Of a stretch of 36,648 bases of DNA, positions 8,968 through 17,320 are shown one piece after another. Source of the stretch: Candidatus Woesearchaeota archaeon. GTDB taxonomy: Archaea > Nanobdellota > Nanobdellia > Pacearchaeales > GW2011-AR1. Below the pieces are notes generated by a model. The model searched no databases and was not told where the DNA came from. It was given only the letters and a program-made list of their open reading frames with translations. The stretch spans positions 1 through 36,648 of the forward strand of contig CAZZCD010000003.1 of NCBI GenBank assembly GCA_964652735.1. Direction: 5' to 3'. Every line of letters starts with the position of its first letter. Position 1 is the first letter of the stretch. A program made the position numbers and the translations under genes.

Positions 8968-9612
8968 ATGAAGTCAATGATAACTAAAGGATGGGATATT
9001 CCTAGAGGGGAATCTGGAATTATAGTCCATAAGAAGGTTGTGCCTGGAGCTAATGTAGAGGAAACTATCCAGAGATGCCTAGTTTTATATGAAGATAAAT
9101 TGCGTGCAGATTTGAATTCAGACGATAGTGAAAATAGAGAATCGGCAATAAAAGCACTTGAAATTGAAGGACTATTGGCAAGACATTCTGATGTTTTTCT
9201 ACCAAACAGATTCAAAGGAAAGGGTTATAGCAGATTAAGTGCTGTGTATGCTTTTCCATTCGAATTTCCAGAAAATTGGTGTTATCCAAATCTCGTTCCT
9301 GCAAATAGAAGTTTTGCTAAAGGTGAAACTGTTATGAGGATGAGGGTTGATGGGTCTAGTGCATTAGTACTTCCTATGTATAAAGTAGATTTCTATTATT
9401 GGGGGAATAATTCTCCTAACGGCCAAAGAGATACGGGAAGGATTAGAAAGTATTGGGAATCGGCAGTTTCTCTTGATGAATTTAACCGAGATTTTGCAAA
9501 TCCCAGTAAAGGAGAGTATATATGGTATTCTAAAGATGGCCGTGTTGAAAAGCCAGAAGTAATAATTCCTGAATGGGCTTTGAGAAAAATCTCTTTCGTA
9601 AATGCTCACTAA
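8968..9612 (+). CDS. hypothetical protein, possibly ADP-ribosyltransferase-like fold
   Basis: 214 aa with TATA upstream; IIVH ... RLSAVYAF ... YWESAVSL ... PEVIIP pattern; fold assignment is inference only. Confidence 0.55.
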   Translation: MKSMITKGWDIPRGESGIIVHKKVVPGANVEETIQRCLVLYEDKLRADLNSDDSENRESAIKALEIEGLLARHSDVFLPNRFKGKGYSRLSAVYAFPFEFPENWCYPNLVPANRSFAKGETVMRMRVDGSSALVLPMYKVDFYYWGNNSPNGQRDTGRIRKYWESAVSLDEFNRDFANPSKGEYIWYSKDGRVEKPEVIIPEWALRKISFVNAH

Positions 9613-9635
9613 AAAAGAAGGAGGGAGCTTATTTA

Positions 9636-9941
9636 TTATTTTCCATAATTCAAAGAAACCGGTTTAGAAGCATCTAAATCAGGCTTTTTTCTTAAAAAAT
9701 CTATGATAAATCCTGCAAATCCTAAAACAACCCCTATTGCAAGTCCCAAAAGTAAGCCTTTGATTATTACAGCAAAAGATTCTTTAAAATAACTAATAAA
9801 TAAATTTACAGGATCTTTGAGAATTTCTGAGAAATTATACTTAATAGAAAAATCCAGGGTTGAAAGGAATAATAAGCCAACAAAAAATCCAAACAGCGTT
9901 AAGAGTGATGTGAATGGAAATTTTTTAATTATGTTCACCAT
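9636..9941 (-). CDS. small membrane protein (2 TM segments)
   Basis: Two hydrophobic stretches; ATG lies 5 nt after the tRNA-Lys 3' end. Confidence 0.7.
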   Translation of the reverse strand: MVNIIKKFPFTSLLTLFGFFVGLLFLSTLDFSIKYNFSEILKDPVNLFISYFKESFAVIIKGLLLGLAIGVVLGFAGFIIDFLRKKPDLDASKPVSLNYGK

Positions 9942-9946
9942 TTAAA

Positions 9947-10020
9947 TGGCCCCGGAGGGATTTGAACCCCCGACACCTGGATTAAAAGTCCAGTGCTCTA
10001 CCAGACTGAGCTACGGAGCC
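9947..10020 (-). tRNA. tRNA-Lys(UUU), intronless, CCA not encoded
   Basis: GGCTCCG TA GCTC AGTCTGGTA GAGC A CTGGA CTTTTAA TCCAG GTGTC GGGGG TTCAAAT CCCTC CGGGGCC A. Confidence 0.97.
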
Positions 10021-10103
10021 GTAAAAAATTAAGTGGATTTGTGTTTAAAAAATCTTTCTTTAAGCCCAATAATCTTTATATACCAATTCTTCAAATAATT
10101 TCT

Positions 10104-11627
10104 ATGATGTTTGTAGGAGGAATATATCATGGGAAAAATAACAGAAGATATCTTTCTATTTATAATTTCCAACAGGATATCTATATTAAACCTCCTGATT
10201 CTTTTGGAGATATCCAGCATATAAGTCATTTTTCATATAAACGTGGAGGTAAAAAGGGGGGAGGAGATGTTTTTCTCATCAATGAAATTCCAGATAAACC
10301 TGAAGTTAGCATAAACAAAGAAATAAAGCTTATAGAAAATAGAGTACAGATAGGTGAAAAGGAATACAATCAATCTGGATTATTAGAAATAGTTCCTAAG
10401 AGATATGACATTCAACACCAAATACTTGCTCTTCCTAGAGAAATAAGAGAAGAAGTAATAGCAATGTCTAATGCAGATATTGCTTACTTTTGTGGAGATG
10501 AAATAGCAAAAAAACACCGGGGCTCAAAGATAGAAATTCTTGAAACAATTATCCCTAAAACAGAAGCCAAGTATATCAAACCTGAAAAAATGCTGACTGG
10601 AGGAAAGCAAGAATTTGTGCCTTCTTGCAAATTGCAGGCAAATATAGATTTTGGGCAAGGGTGTATTTCTGGTTGGATTCCGATTAAAGATGCGTCATTT
10701 GATGGAAAATTTTTTACAGGCTATCTTTCTTCTCCAAATAGTGAATGTACTTATTGCTATGCAAGAGACAAACATAGATGTTTTTCAAAAACAATTTATG
10801 AATTTGATAAACAAAGACTTATTGAAGAATTAAAAGGTGAATGCAGGTTAGATTTTGGTGATTGGGAAACTAAACTTGGAAGACCTGTAGATATTCTTCG
10901 TTTTGGAAAAAGAACAGAAACAGGTGCTCCTTTTACAAGAAGACAATTAATAGGAACATTAGAAGCAATGATTGAAACAAGAACAAGAGGAATAATCCCA
11001 ACAAAATATCTAGAGTATAACAAAGAAACTGAAAAACTATTAAAAAAAACAAACTCTGTTGTTTTATACAGTGTAGGAGATTTTGATGAATTTGAAAAAG
11101 GAGCTTGTACGCATGGATGCAACAATGGCTTCCGACTTGAACAAGCAGTTAAATACCATGAAGCTGGTGTAAATTCTTTACTTTACCTGCATATTATTGG
11201 ACATAAACCTCCTGGCAAAAGAGAAAATGAGATTCTTAAAATTGCTAAAAAACACAATATGAATATACAACTTCTTCCTATGAGATTTCCTAATAGAGAT
11301 TTAACCAAAAGAATGACAGGGCAGACATGGAATCATCTTAAAGGAGGTTCAAAAAGAGCATGGAATCAATTCATACTTCCAGCACATGGTGATTTTGGAA
11401 GTTATGTTTTTAGAGAAAACATGCTTTGTCTTGAAAAGGTTCATTCATCTTGGCTAGAGATGATGGGTAATAATAATGGAAAAATACGTATGTGCCATCA
11501 TACATTAGAAAATACTTATTGTGGAGGATGTTTCCAAGCTAAAGGAGAAATTTCAGACCCCCCATCACAAAATATGAAAAAAATTTATACAAGATCCAAA
11601 AGACCTAGGAACAGAAAAAAATCATAA
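10104..11627 (+). CDS. atypical radical-SAM-like Fe-S protein (spore photoproduct lyase/Rv2578c-like)
   Basis: GQGC-x27-CTYCYA, then LRFGKRTE and C-terminal CHH..YCGGC; start moved to MMFVGG (10104) because the track start overlaps the tRNA and a TATA lies about 25 nt upstream. Confidence 0.6.
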   Translation: MMFVGGIYHGKNNRRYLSIYNFQQDIYIKPPDSFGDIQHISHFSYKRGGKKGGGDVFLINEIPDKPEVSINKEIKLIENRVQIGEKEYNQSGLLEIVPKRYDIQHQILALPREIREEVIAMSNADIAYFCGDEIAKKHRGSKIEILETIIPKTEAKYIKPEKMLTGGKQEFVPSCKLQANIDFGQGCISGWIPIKDASFDGKFFTGYLSSPNSECTYCYARDKHRCFSKTIYEFDKQRLIEELKGECRLDFGDWETKLGRPVDILRFGKRTETGAPFTRRQLIGTLEAMIETRTRGIIPTKYLEYNKETEKLLKKTNSVVLYSVGDFDEFEKGACTHGCNNGFRLEQAVKYHEAGVNSLLYLHIIGHKPPGKRENEILKIAKKHNMNIQLLPMRFPNRDLTKRMTGQTWNHLKGGSKRAWNQFILPAHGDFGSYVFRENMLCLEKVHSSWLEMMGNNNGKIRMCHHTLENTYCGGCFQAKGEISDPPSQNMKKIYTRSKRPRNRKKS

Positions 11628-11942
11628 AAAATTCTTCAACTTTTCTTCAAATTCTTCTATAGGTCTAGAACCTACAAATTGCTCAATAACTTTCCCCTTT
11701 TTCAAAAGAACAAAATTAGGAATAGAACTAACATTGAATTTTTGTGCAAGCTCTTGATTATCCTCGATATTAACTTTCCCGAATTTTATTTTTCCTTTGA
11801 ATTTTCTGCTCAGTTCTTCTATCACAGGAGTCATCATCAAGCAAGGCATACACCAGTCTGCATAAAAATCCACAAGCACGAGCTCCTCTTTTGTAAAATT
11901 ATCAAATTCCTTACCACTTAATTCAGTAACATTTTCTGCCAT
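11622..11942 (-). CDS. trxA: thioredoxin
   Basis: VDFYADWCMPC, SSIP, 106 aa. Confidence 0.93.
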   Translation of the reverse strand: MAENVTELSGKEFDNFTKEELVLVDFYADWCMPCLMMTPVIEELSRKFKGKIKFGKVNIEDNQELAQKFNVSSIPNFVLLKKGKVIEQFVGSRPIEEFEEKLKNFL

Positions 11943-12030
11943 TTCAGTAAAGAATTAATGATATTTATAAAAGTTTTCTTAATTGCATTATAACATAAGC
12001 GAGAGTTATCCTCCAAGCAAGGTTAATATT

Positions 12031-12750
12031 CTATCTTATTTCGCTTTGCCGAAGATATTTAATTGCTTCCCTCTGTGCTTTTTCCATCAGGTCTTTAGAA
12101 GTTTCAGGAAATTCTTCAAGTCGAGGATTGATTAATTCTCCTTGTCTTGGAACAAAGGGTTGTAGATAATATCTATGGGTGCTGTCTCCTGTAACTTCAA
12201 CAATCCATTTTGCAATGGCTTCAACTTCTTCAGGAGTCATAAAATCAATCTCTTCTCTTATAATAGGAGCAATAGTTGTCCTGAACTCATAAGCTGGAAA
12301 TTCTTTAACTATTTGAAAACTTTCTTCAATATTTTTAAGATTTATTCCAGAAATTCCTGTTACTGCTTTATATAATTCCTTAGGTGCTTTAACATCCATT
12401 GCAACATAATCAATTAAATTTTCTTCACGCAGTTTCTTTAATACTTCTGGATTGCTACCGTTTGTATCAAGTTTGACTGCTAATCCTCTCTCTTTTAATT
12501 TTCTTACAAAATCCACTAATCTAGGTTCAAGAGTCGGCTCTCCTCCACAAAGAACCACCCCTTCAATCCACTTCTTTCTTGAGTCTAGATAATCAAAAAA
12601 CTCTTTTTCATCTCTCTCCTCCCTACTTGTTAAAAGGGGCTTTGCATGGCAGGCAGGACATCTATAATTACAATCTGGGAAAAAAACCACTGCAGAAATC
12701 TTTCCAGGATAATCTATAAATGATTCTTTTAAAAATTCCCCGATTTTCAT
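12031..12750 (-). CDS. nrdG: anaerobic ribonucleotide reductase activating enzyme (radical SAM)
   Basis: CNYRCPACH, GGEPT, KLDTNGS, AMDVKA, EFRTT; near nrdD. Confidence 0.92.
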   Translation of the reverse strand: MKIGEFLKESFIDYPGKISAVVFFPDCNYRCPACHAKPLLTSREERDEKEFFDYLDSRKKWIEGVVLCGGEPTLEPRLVDFVRKLKERGLAVKLDTNGSNPEVLKKLREENLIDYVAMDVKAPKELYKAVTGISGINLKNIEESFQIVKEFPAYEFRTTIAPIIREEIDFMTPEEVEAIAKWIVEVTGDSTHRYYLQPFVPRQGELINPRLEEFPETSKDLMEKAQREAIKYLRQSEIR

Positions 12751-12751
12751 T

Positions 12752-13018
12752 TCAGTTGAATTGGTGATTTAATATTTTTTCTCCTTGAGCAATCACCTCA
12801 ATTTTAGACTTACTTCTTCTTATCAAGACAGGAAGAACAATTCGTTGATCATCTCTTTCTATATCTTCTTTTACATCTCTTAAAATAGCAGAAAAAGACT
12901 TTCTTCCAGCACTTGCTTCTAATCTAGATTCAGAACAAACTATCTTTGCTTCTCTTAGATAAGCTTTTACTTTTTCACATATTCCACAATTTGGCAGAGT
13001 GTATAATTCATAGTTCAT
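12752..13018 (-). CDS. glutaredoxin/NrdH-like redoxin
   Basis: LYTLPNCGICEKVK..L and LPVL; 4-nt overlap with nrdD. Confidence 0.75.
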   Translation of the reverse strand: MNYELYTLPNCGICEKVKAYLREAKIVCSESRLEASAGRKSFSAILRDVKEDIERDDQRIVLPVLIRRSKSKIEVIAQGEKILNHQFN

Positions 13019-15093
13019 GTTTGAAATCTTTCCCTATGGGCAAATTCTTCTTTTTTTCCTTTGTTCCAAGTGTTAATCGGTCGCAGATAACCAACAATTC
13101 TATCATAAATTTCTGTTTCTTCTCCACAATCTAGACAAGCTTCAACTTTCCCTGAAAGATAACCATGATTAGGGCAAACACTAAAAACAGGAGTAATACT
13201 AAAATAAGGGAGCTTGGTTTCTGTAGCAATCTTTCTAACAAGATTTTTTGCAGTTTTTCCATCAATCCTTTCTCCTAAATATGTGTGGAATATTGTTCCT
13301 CCTGTATAAAGAGTTTGAAGAGATTCTTGATGTTCTAATGCAGAGAATAAATCTTTTTTAGAATCAACAGGCAATTGGGTTGAATTTGTTAAAAACGGTT
13401 CATCACTTCCAGAAGTATGAATATGTGGATAAAGTTGTTTATCTAATTTTGCAAATCTATAAGAAGTTGATTCTGCAGGAGTTGCTTCTAAATTATAAAG
13501 ATTACTTGTTTCTTTTTGATACTTTAATGCCCTATTTCTCATAAAATTAAGAACCTTTTCTGCAAAAGCTTTTCCTTCAAGGGTAGAAATATCTTTTTTT
13601 AAGAAATTTACACATGCTTCATTCATTCCACAAAGCCCAATTGTGGAAAAATGATTTTCAAAATGTCCTAAATAAGATTTTGTATAAGGCACAAGACCTT
13701 CTTCAAGAGTTTTTTTAATCACTGCTCTTTTAATTTCTAATGATTCAGAAGCCACATCCATCCATTCCCCAAGTTTCTCTAAAAATTCCTTTTCATTGTT
13801 AGCTTCATACCCAATCCTATTCATGTTTATTGTAACAACACCAATACTTCCTGTAGAATCCCCAGGTCCCCACATATTTCCAGGCCTATTCATTAATTCT
13901 GTTTGATCTAAATTAAGTCTACAACACATTGCCCTAATTGATTTAGGATCTAATCCAGATCCAATATAATTTTGAAAATAAGGAATTCCATACTTTCCTG
14001 TAACTTCAAATAATAAATCTGAAACTTCAGAATCCCAAGCAAAATCTTTAGTTAAATTATATGTTGGAATTGGAAATGTGAAAATTCTTCCGTCTTTATC
14101 TCCGTGCATCATGGTCTTTAAAAAACCCAAATTAATCATATCCATTTCTTTTTGATATTCTCCATATGTTGAATCTAATTCTTCTTCACCAATAATTGCT
14201 TTTTTATCTTTCAAATCTTTTGGAACAGTTAAATCAAAAGTTAAATTTGAAAAAGGAGCTTGCCAACCCCAACGAGAAGCGACATTTAAGCTATAAATAA
14301 GATTTTGCATACGTTGATCAACTTTTTTTTGATTAAGATTATCTTTTCTTACAAAAGGAGCTAAAAACGTATCTACAGAAGAAAATGCCTGGGCTCCTGC
14401 AAATTCTCCTTGCATACTTCCAATATAATTAACCATGTGAGGTATAATTGTATCTAGGTGCTTAGCAGGAGAGCTCTGAACCCGCTCACGAACCTTTCCA
14501 AAACCTTTTTTTATTAATTGTTCTAAAGAATGACCACAACAATAAGCAACAATAGGAAAATCCAAATCATGAATATGGATAGAACCATCTTCATGCAAAT
14601 TTTTTATTTCTTTATTATACATATCGTTTAATGCGTATAAATTAAGAATTTTTCCTGCAAGATTAGCATTTAAACCTTGGAAAGTTACTCCTCCTTGGTT
14701 TGCATTTTCAGAAGAACTTGGATCTTCTTTCTCAACAAATCTTTTAACAAGATTGTTAGAAAACTTAAGTATAGCTTGTTCAGAGCGGCCCATATCTCTG
14801 AATTTTTTATGGGCTTTTCGATAAACACTATATTTTTTTTGAGTTGAATTATAGCCAAGACCCCTCATAGTGTCTTCTACAATATTTTGTATTTGTTCAA
14901 CAGTTGGATGTGAAACATCACCAAACATTATTTTTAAGGTATTAACAACCATATTAGAGACTCCTTGAGATGCAGAAATAGGATCTCCTTCAAACAATTC
15001 ATCTGCTACAAAAGCTTTTTTAGCAGCCACCGTGATTTTTTCAGGAGTAAAATCTGCTATAGTTCCATCTCTTTTTGTAATTTGTTTAATCAT
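13015..15093 (-). CDS. nrdD: class III (anaerobic) ribonucleoside-triphosphate reductase with ATP-cone
   Basis: ITKRDG ATP-cone, IHIHDL, AMCCRL, LEATPAES, CPNH..CLDC Zn site, RIVGYLRP glycyl-radical motif. Confidence 0.96.
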   Translation of the reverse strand: MIKQITKRDGTIADFTPEKITVAAKKAFVADELFEGDPISASQGVSNMVVNTLKIMFGDVSHPTVEQIQNIVEDTMRGLGYNSTQKKYSVYRKAHKKFRDMGRSEQAILKFSNNLVKRFVEKEDPSSSENANQGGVTFQGLNANLAGKILNLYALNDMYNKEIKNLHEDGSIHIHDLDFPIVAYCCGHSLEQLIKKGFGKVRERVQSSPAKHLDTIIPHMVNYIGSMQGEFAGAQAFSSVDTFLAPFVRKDNLNQKKVDQRMQNLIYSLNVASRWGWQAPFSNLTFDLTVPKDLKDKKAIIGEEELDSTYGEYQKEMDMINLGFLKTMMHGDKDGRIFTFPIPTYNLTKDFAWDSEVSDLLFEVTGKYGIPYFQNYIGSGLDPKSIRAMCCRLNLDQTELMNRPGNMWGPGDSTGSIGVVTINMNRIGYEANNEKEFLEKLGEWMDVASESLEIKRAVIKKTLEEGLVPYTKSYLGHFENHFSTIGLCGMNEACVNFLKKDISTLEGKAFAEKVLNFMRNRALKYQKETSNLYNLEATPAESTSYRFAKLDKQLYPHIHTSGSDEPFLTNSTQLPVDSKKDLFSALEHQESLQTLYTGGTIFHTYLGERIDGKTAKNLVRKIATETKLPYFSITPVFSVCPNHGYLSGKVEACLDCGEETEIYDRIVGYLRPINTWNKGKKEEFAHRERFQT

Positions 15094-15107
15094 TTTAATT
15101 CTTTCAT

Positions 15108-15542
15108 TTATAACTCTCTTAATTCTTTTTTAAAATCTTTAATGTCTTGAAAATCTCTGTAAACAGAAGCAAATCTTATGTATGCAACATTATCCAGTTT
15201 TTTTATTTTTTTCATGATTAACTCTCCAATAGTATAACTCTTTAGCTCTTTCTTCCCTTTTTTCCTCAGTTGTTCTTCTATTTCATTTATCATCTTTTCA
15301 ATCTTTTCCTTAGAGATAGGTCTTTTTTCAAAAGCTTTTTCAATTCCTGTTTCAAGTTTTTCCCTTGAAAACTTTTCACGTCTACCATCTTTTTTTATTA
15401 CAAAAAACTCACTCCGACTTATTTTTTCATAAGTGGTGAATCTCTTCTTACATTTTAGACATTCTCTTCGCCTCCTTATTCCCTCAGGAGATGGTCTTTT
15501 ATCAGTTACTTTAGATGCACCAGTACAATACGGACATTCCAT
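15108..15542 (-). CDS. nrdR: transcriptional repressor NrdR
   Basis: MECPYC..IRRRRECLKCKKRFTTYE Zn ribbon, ATP-cone, VAYIRFASVYRDF; true start at 15542. Confidence 0.95.
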   Translation of the reverse strand: MECPYCTGASKVTDKRPSPEGIRRRRECLKCKKRFTTYEKISRSEFFVIKKDGRREKFSREKLETGIEKAFEKRPISKEKIEKMINEIEEQLRKKGKKELKSYTIGELIMKKIKKLDNVAYIRFASVYRDFQDIKDFKKELREL

Positions 15543-15545
15543 TTT

Positions 15546-15592
15546 ATACCATATATAGTATGTAAAACCTGTAGTATCCCAACAGATTGTAG
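15546..15592 (-). promoter_or_regulatory. tandem NrdR boxes
   Basis: Minus strand ATACTATATATGGTAT (15546-15561) and CTACAATCTGTTGGGA (15577-15592) resemble the acaCwAtATaTwGtgt consensus and are 31 bp apart; TATA (TTTAAATA) near 15620. Confidence 0.8.
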
Positions 15593-15721
15593 AACCCAAA
15601 ATAAAGACTTATTAAGTATTTAAAGATTTATGTCTACTAAAATATAATAACAGAACACACAATCCAAAACAACTTTTATAAACTATTTTTTCTTACATAT
15701 TAAATATAAAAAGAGGTCGAA

Positions 15722-15946
15722 ATGGCTTTAGAAAATCTTATCACAACAAACATTTGGCTAATTTATTTATTGGTGGCATGGGAAACTGCTTGGACAGGAA
15801 TAGCTATGTGGAAGTCTGCTAGGAGAAAACATCTGATCTGGTTCATAGTCTTCTTTTTGGTAAGTTTATTAGCAATTCCAGAAATTCTTTACATCTTTGT
15901 ATTCTCAAAGATGAAGAAAAAGAAACCTGCAAGGAAAAAGAAATAA
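15722..15946 (+). CDS. small membrane protein, DUF5652-like
   Basis: W..W.GIAMWKSARRKHLIWFIVF..LAIPEILYIF pattern, basic tail. Confidence 0.75.
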   Translation: MALENLITTNIWLIYLLVAWETAWTGIAMWKSARRKHLIWFIVFFLVSLLAIPEILYIFVFSKMKKKKPARKKK

Positions 15947-16040
15947 TTCTGAAATGGGCGCGGAGTTCTTGTGCAAAAAAGAATCATCCCAAAAATTAGA
16001 GAATAATAATATTTAAGTAGTAAGAGAGGAACAAGGAAAT

Positions 16041-16472
16041 ATGTCAAACTGTTTATTATGTGAGATAGATCCTGCAACAAATAATACATTCATTAGAGGA
16101 TATGACTATTGGAATCTCTTATTAAATTTTAAACAACCCACACTTGGTAGTAGCTTAATAGTCTTGAAGAGACATAAAAGTTTTCTTTCAGAAATTACAG
16201 ACCAAGAAGCACAAGAGAGTATTAAAATAATTAGAGAATATGAAAGAGCAATAAAAGACTCTTTTAATCCAAAAATGATTAATCATTTAATGTTAGCTAA
16301 TACTGTTCCCCATGTTCATTATCATTGTGTTCCAAGATATGAAAATACAAGGTCATTCGCAGGACAAGAATGGATAGACTCTAATTATGGTTCTTTTCCT
16401 TTTCTAAAAACAGATGAAAAAAACCAAGGTCTTTTAAGTGAGATAATTTTTAAGATTAGAAAGAAGTTGTAA
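16041..16472 (+). CDS. HIT (histidine triad) family hydrolase
   Basis: CLLC, Q..LG..LIVLKRH, NTVPHVHYHCVPR. Confidence 0.9.
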   Translation: MSNCLLCEIDPATNNTFIRGYDYWNLLLNFKQPTLGSSLIVLKRHKSFLSEITDQEAQESIKIIREYERAIKDSFNPKMINHLMLANTVPHVHYHCVPRYENTRSFAGQEWIDSNYGSFPFLKTDEKNQGLLSEIIFKIRKKL

Positions 16473-16485
16473 AAAATAAAGTAAA

Positions 16486-16557
16486 TGGGCCTGGAGGGAA
16501 TTTAACCCCCTTCTCTCCGGCTGGAGCGGAGTATAATAAACAGTATACTACAGACCC
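16486..16557 (-). tRNA. tRNA-Trp(CCA), intronless, non-canonical D and T loops
   Basis: GGGTCTG TA GTAT ACTGTTTA TTAT A CTCCG CTCCAGC CGGAG AGAA GGGGG TTAAATT CCCTC CAGGCCC A; acceptor, anticodon and T stems pair; TATA upstream. Confidence 0.85.
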
Positions 16558-16594
16558 TTATTTTTATTATATAGATTTAGTTTTTAAGCTTTAT

Positions 16595-17320
16595 CTATCC
16601 AATTTTTTTTATCTCTTCAATTTCATCACCAGAAATAGCAGCGCCTTTATATTTCACAGCATAAAGAAGGGCGTCGAGGACATTTCTATCCTTTAGTTTT
16701 ATAAGGTTTTTTTTGTAAGCAACATAAACAAGTTCTGCAGACCTTATTATTCCAAACCCCTTAAAGAATTTCAAATTATCCTGCTTAATGCTTATTTGAG
16801 TGTGAATCTTTTTTTCTAAAATAGATTTAAGATTCTCTGGTTTTTCAACAAGCATCCTTGTTGTTCTTTCGTCAACAACAATCACGTTTTTTATTTTCTT
16901 TTGAGTTAAAATTCTACTTAAAGCTAAACAAGAAGTTTCCCCCATATCTAACAAATGGATAGCTTTTCTAGTTCCTTGGAACGAGGAGTTTGCTATTTTA
17001 AGAATTTTATTTCCTTGATTTGTAATTTCAGAATCCTTTATTCCAAGAGAAGAAGGCATTTCCAAAACCCCTTCATCAAGAAGCTGTTTTAATTTTAAAG
17101 CTTCAAGCCTAAATCTCTTTATTTTCATCGGAGTATCAATAATCTCTTTTTTTATCTCAGAAGTTACGAGAAACTTTCCTTTGAATATTTCCTTAAGTCT
17201 TTTTATTATATCAGTAATTCCATTCATTGAAAAGCTTATCAATGCCCCAGAGTCAAAGATGATTGCCTTGCTCGTTTGTTTTGAATCACTTATTTTTTGT
17301 GTTTGTTTAGTCATTTTCAT
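16595..17320 (-). CDS. PIN-domain protein
   Basis: IIFDSGALI, EIKKEI, DMGETSCLAL, VVDER acidic motifs. Confidence 0.75.
   Translation of the reverse strand: MKMTKQTQKISDSKQTSKAIIFDSGALISFSMNGITDIIKRLKEIFKGKFLVTSEIKKEIIDTPMKIKRFRLEALKLKQLLDEGVLEMPSSLGIKDSEITNQGNKILKIANSSFQGTRKAIHLLDMGETSCLALSRILTQKKIKNVIVVDERTTRMLVEKPENLKSILEKKIHTQISIKQDNLKFFKGFGIIRSAELVYVAYKKNLIKLKDRNVLDALLYAVKYKGAAISGDEIEEIKKIG

Noticed and set aside
9993-10103. Track start of the 544-aa ORF
   Set aside because: Overlaps tRNA-Lys and the promoter region
10115-10224. AGGAGG-led 31-aa hydrophobic ORF nested out of frame
   Set aside because: The SD is explained by Gly-Gly codons of the main frame; cannot be excluded without expression data
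15543-15599. Extended NrdR N-terminus
   Set aside because: NrdR begins MxCPxC; this stretch holds the operator boxes
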